57,661 nt of DNA, taken from contig CAVTQH010000004.1 in NCBI GenBank assembly GCA_963736875.1, forward strand, positions 253,899 to 311,559. The letters are read 5' to 3'. Position numbers and translations under genes: made by a program. Positions 55,601 to 57,661 of this stretch are shown here, piece after piece; the stretch's first letter is position 1, and each line of letters begins with the position of its first letter. This DNA comes from Candidatus Amesbacteria bacterium (GTDB lineage Bacteria; Patescibacteriota; Microgenomatia; CAZETR01; Amesbacteraceae). The notes under the pieces are model-generated. The model was not told the DNA's origin. It saw only the letters and a program-made list of their open reading frames with translations, and did no database searches.

Positions 55601-57661
55601 CCGCCCGCTTCCAGGTGGAAGGCTTAACCGGCAATGTCACCGCCGCCGGCACTCTGACTTTGACCGCCGCTGCTGCCCAGATAAAGCTTCTGGAATCAGG
55701 CGGCACCCCGTCCCTTTACGGCATCCTGGACGTCGATGACCTCTCCGGTTCCGATGCTACTTACCTCTTCTCCGGAGCGTCAGGCACGGTCCTCACTTCC
55801 GCCAACGCCGCCACCGCTCTCTCCGGCTGGGATCAAAACAGCTCTGACGATTTGACCACCGGCAACTACACCACTACTTTGGACTCCGTCTACGTTAATA
55901 CCGGCGAGAGTCCCACGGCCGGCGACATTTCCGGCTCCTTCACCGCCGGGTTAACCATCGCCGGCGACTCCGTGGCTCTGGGCACCGACACCACCAACAA
56001 CTACATCGCCGGAGCCACTGTCAACGGCGGACTGACCATGTCCGGTACCGAAGGCGGGACTCTGGGACTTCTCACTTCCTGCTCCCCCAATGAAATCCTC
56101 AAATGGAACGGTTCCGTCTGGGGTTGCAGCGCCGATGCCGACACCGGCGGCACCAACTACTGGCAGCTGGTCAATTCCGATACCGGCCTGGCCCCGGTCA
56201 ACGCCGCCGTCTCCGATATCTTTGCCGGCGGGACGGCTACCGGTTCCGCCCGCTTCCAGGTGGAAGGCTTAACCGGCAATGTCACCGCCGCCGGCACTCT
56301 GACTTTGACCGCCGCTGCTGCCCAGATAAAGCTTCTGGAATCAGGCGGCACCCCGTCCCTTTACGGCATCCTGGACGTCGATGACCTCTCCGGTTCCGAT
56401 GCTACTTACCTCTTCTCCGGAGCGTCAGGCACGGTCCTCACTTCCGCCAATGCCGCCACCGCTCTCTCCGGCTGGGATCAGAACAGCTCTGACGATCTGA
56501 CCACGGGTAACTACACCAGGACTCTGGACTCCGTCTACGTCAACGTCGGCGAGAGTCCCACGGCCGGTGACATTTCCGGCTCCTTCACCGCCGGGTTGAC
56601 CATCGCCGGCGACTCCGTGGCTCTGGGCACCGACACCACCAACAACTACATCGCCGGAGCCACTGTCAACGGCGGACTGACCATGTCCGGTACCGAAGGC
56701 GGGACTCTGGGACTTCTCACTTCCTGCTCCCCCAATGAAATCCTCAAATGGAACGGTTCCGTCTGGGGTTGCAGCGCCGATGCCGACACCGGCGGCACCA
56801 ACTACTGGCAGCTGGTCAATTCCGATACCGGCCTGGCTCCGGTCAACGCCGCCGTCTCCGATCTCTTTGCCGGCGGGACGGCTACCGGTTCCGCCCGCTT
56901 CCAGGTGGAAGGCTTAACCGGCAATGTCACCGCCGCCGGCACTCTGACTTTGACCGCCGCCGCTGCCCAGATAAAGCTTCTGGAATCAGGCGGCACCCCG
57001 TCTCTTTACGGCATCCTGGACGTCGATGACCTGTCCGGTTCCGATGCTACTTACCTCTTCTCCGGAGCGTCAGGCACGGTCCTCACTTCCGCCAATGCCG
57101 CCACCGCTCTTTCCGGCTGGGATCAGAACAGCTGCTGACGATCTGACCACCGGTAACTACACCACTACTCTGGACTCCGTCTACGTCAACGTCGGGGAGA
57201 GTCCCACGGCCGGCGACATTTCCGGCTCCTTCACCGCCGGGCTGACCATCGGCGGCGACTCCGTGGCTTTGGGCACCGACACCACCAACAACTACATCGC
57301 CGGAGCCACTGCCAACGGCGGACTGACCATGTCCGGTACCGAAGGCGGGACTCTGGGACTTCTGACTTCCTGCTCCCCCAATGAAATCCTCAAATGGAAC
57401 GGTTCCGCCTGGGGCTGCAGCGCCGATGCCGACACCGGCGGCACCAACTACTGGCAGCTGGTCAATTCCGATACCGGCCTGGCTCCGGTCAACGCCGCCG
57501 TCTCCGATCTCTTTGCCGGCGGGACGGCTACCGGTTCCGCCCGCTTCCAGGTGGAAGGCTTAACCGGCAATGTCACCGCCGCCGGCACTCTGACTTTGAC
57601 CGCCGCCGCTGCCCAGATAAAGCTTCTGGAATCAGGCGGCGCCCCGTCTCTTTACGGCATC
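52601..57661 (+). CDS. Predicted HTH_17-TM-giant repeat surface protein (frameshifts near 52770 and 57134; runs off window end)
   Basis: HTH_17 (FTVKQVAEALGVSTNTVYKYLEEGKIHA). The frame of ORF 53212 is open from 52708 and contains a TM (ALAVFVIAVLLSVLSLY) but no ATG upstream of it. An extra G at 57134 relative to the other repeat copies creates the TGA. Confidence 0.72.
55117..57661 (+). repeat. Near-identical 645-bp (215-aa) coding tandem repeat, ~4 copies, plus a shorter related unit from ~54580
   Basis: TACCTCTTCTCCGGAGCGTCAGGCACGGTCC recurs at 54649, 55117, 55762, 56407 and 57052; shadow ORFs recur at 55445, 56090, 56735 and 57381. Confidence 0.95.

Noticed and set aside
57136-57138. TGA read-through (genetic code 25) in the giant protein
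   Set aside because: The TGA comes into frame only because of an extra G at 57134 relative to the other copies. TGA ends normal genes here (41976, 42411).
54580-57661. CRISPR array or non-coding repeat
   Set aside because: The units are 645 bp, in-frame coding and lack unique spacers; no cas genes are in the window.
37747-57661. Prophage (tail-fibre-like genes plus excisionase-like HTHs)
   Set aside because: No integrase, terminase, capsid, portal or lysis cassette. The fibres have signal or TM segments, and core genes (secE-nusG-rplK) lie within the span.

Overview
This 57.7-kb window looks like chromosomal DNA from a Patescibacteria/CPR bacterium, probably Microgenomates. That assignment is inferred from gene content and style, not from a database hit. 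Housekeeping genes are topA (partial), mrdA, mreB, galU, def, fmt, rpmB, rpmG, rsgA, secE-nusG-rplK, dprA, a yvcK-like gene, a pilB-like ATPase and 4 tRNAs. They are interleaved with a large set of cell-surface genes: four proteins with near-identical dockerin tails, a Cys-repeat C39-like peptidase, an M23-VanW-lytic transglycosylase fusion, a WxL/DUF916-like operon and two giant fibre-like proteins. The most notable candidate system lies at 37.7-57.7 kb. Two excisionase/BldC-type (HTH_17) domains are each preceded by ~10-bp-phased TGT(A) repeats. One heads an operon with a catalytically degenerate PIN protein and pilin/chaperone-like genes, divergent from a tail-fibre-like giant gene. The other appears fused, through a TM helix and a frameshift, to a giant protein with 645-bp tandem repeats. 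Also notable are a ~214-nt structured RNA with its own promoter (11176-11389), a LAGLIDADG-like ORF whose stop codon lies in the tRNA-Tyr anticodon loop, and pervasive leaderless-gene architecture. About ten single-base frameshifts, several in conserved housekeeping genes, point to an unpolished assembly, so split ORFs were rejoined by eye. All family assignments come from motif recognition, not from searches.
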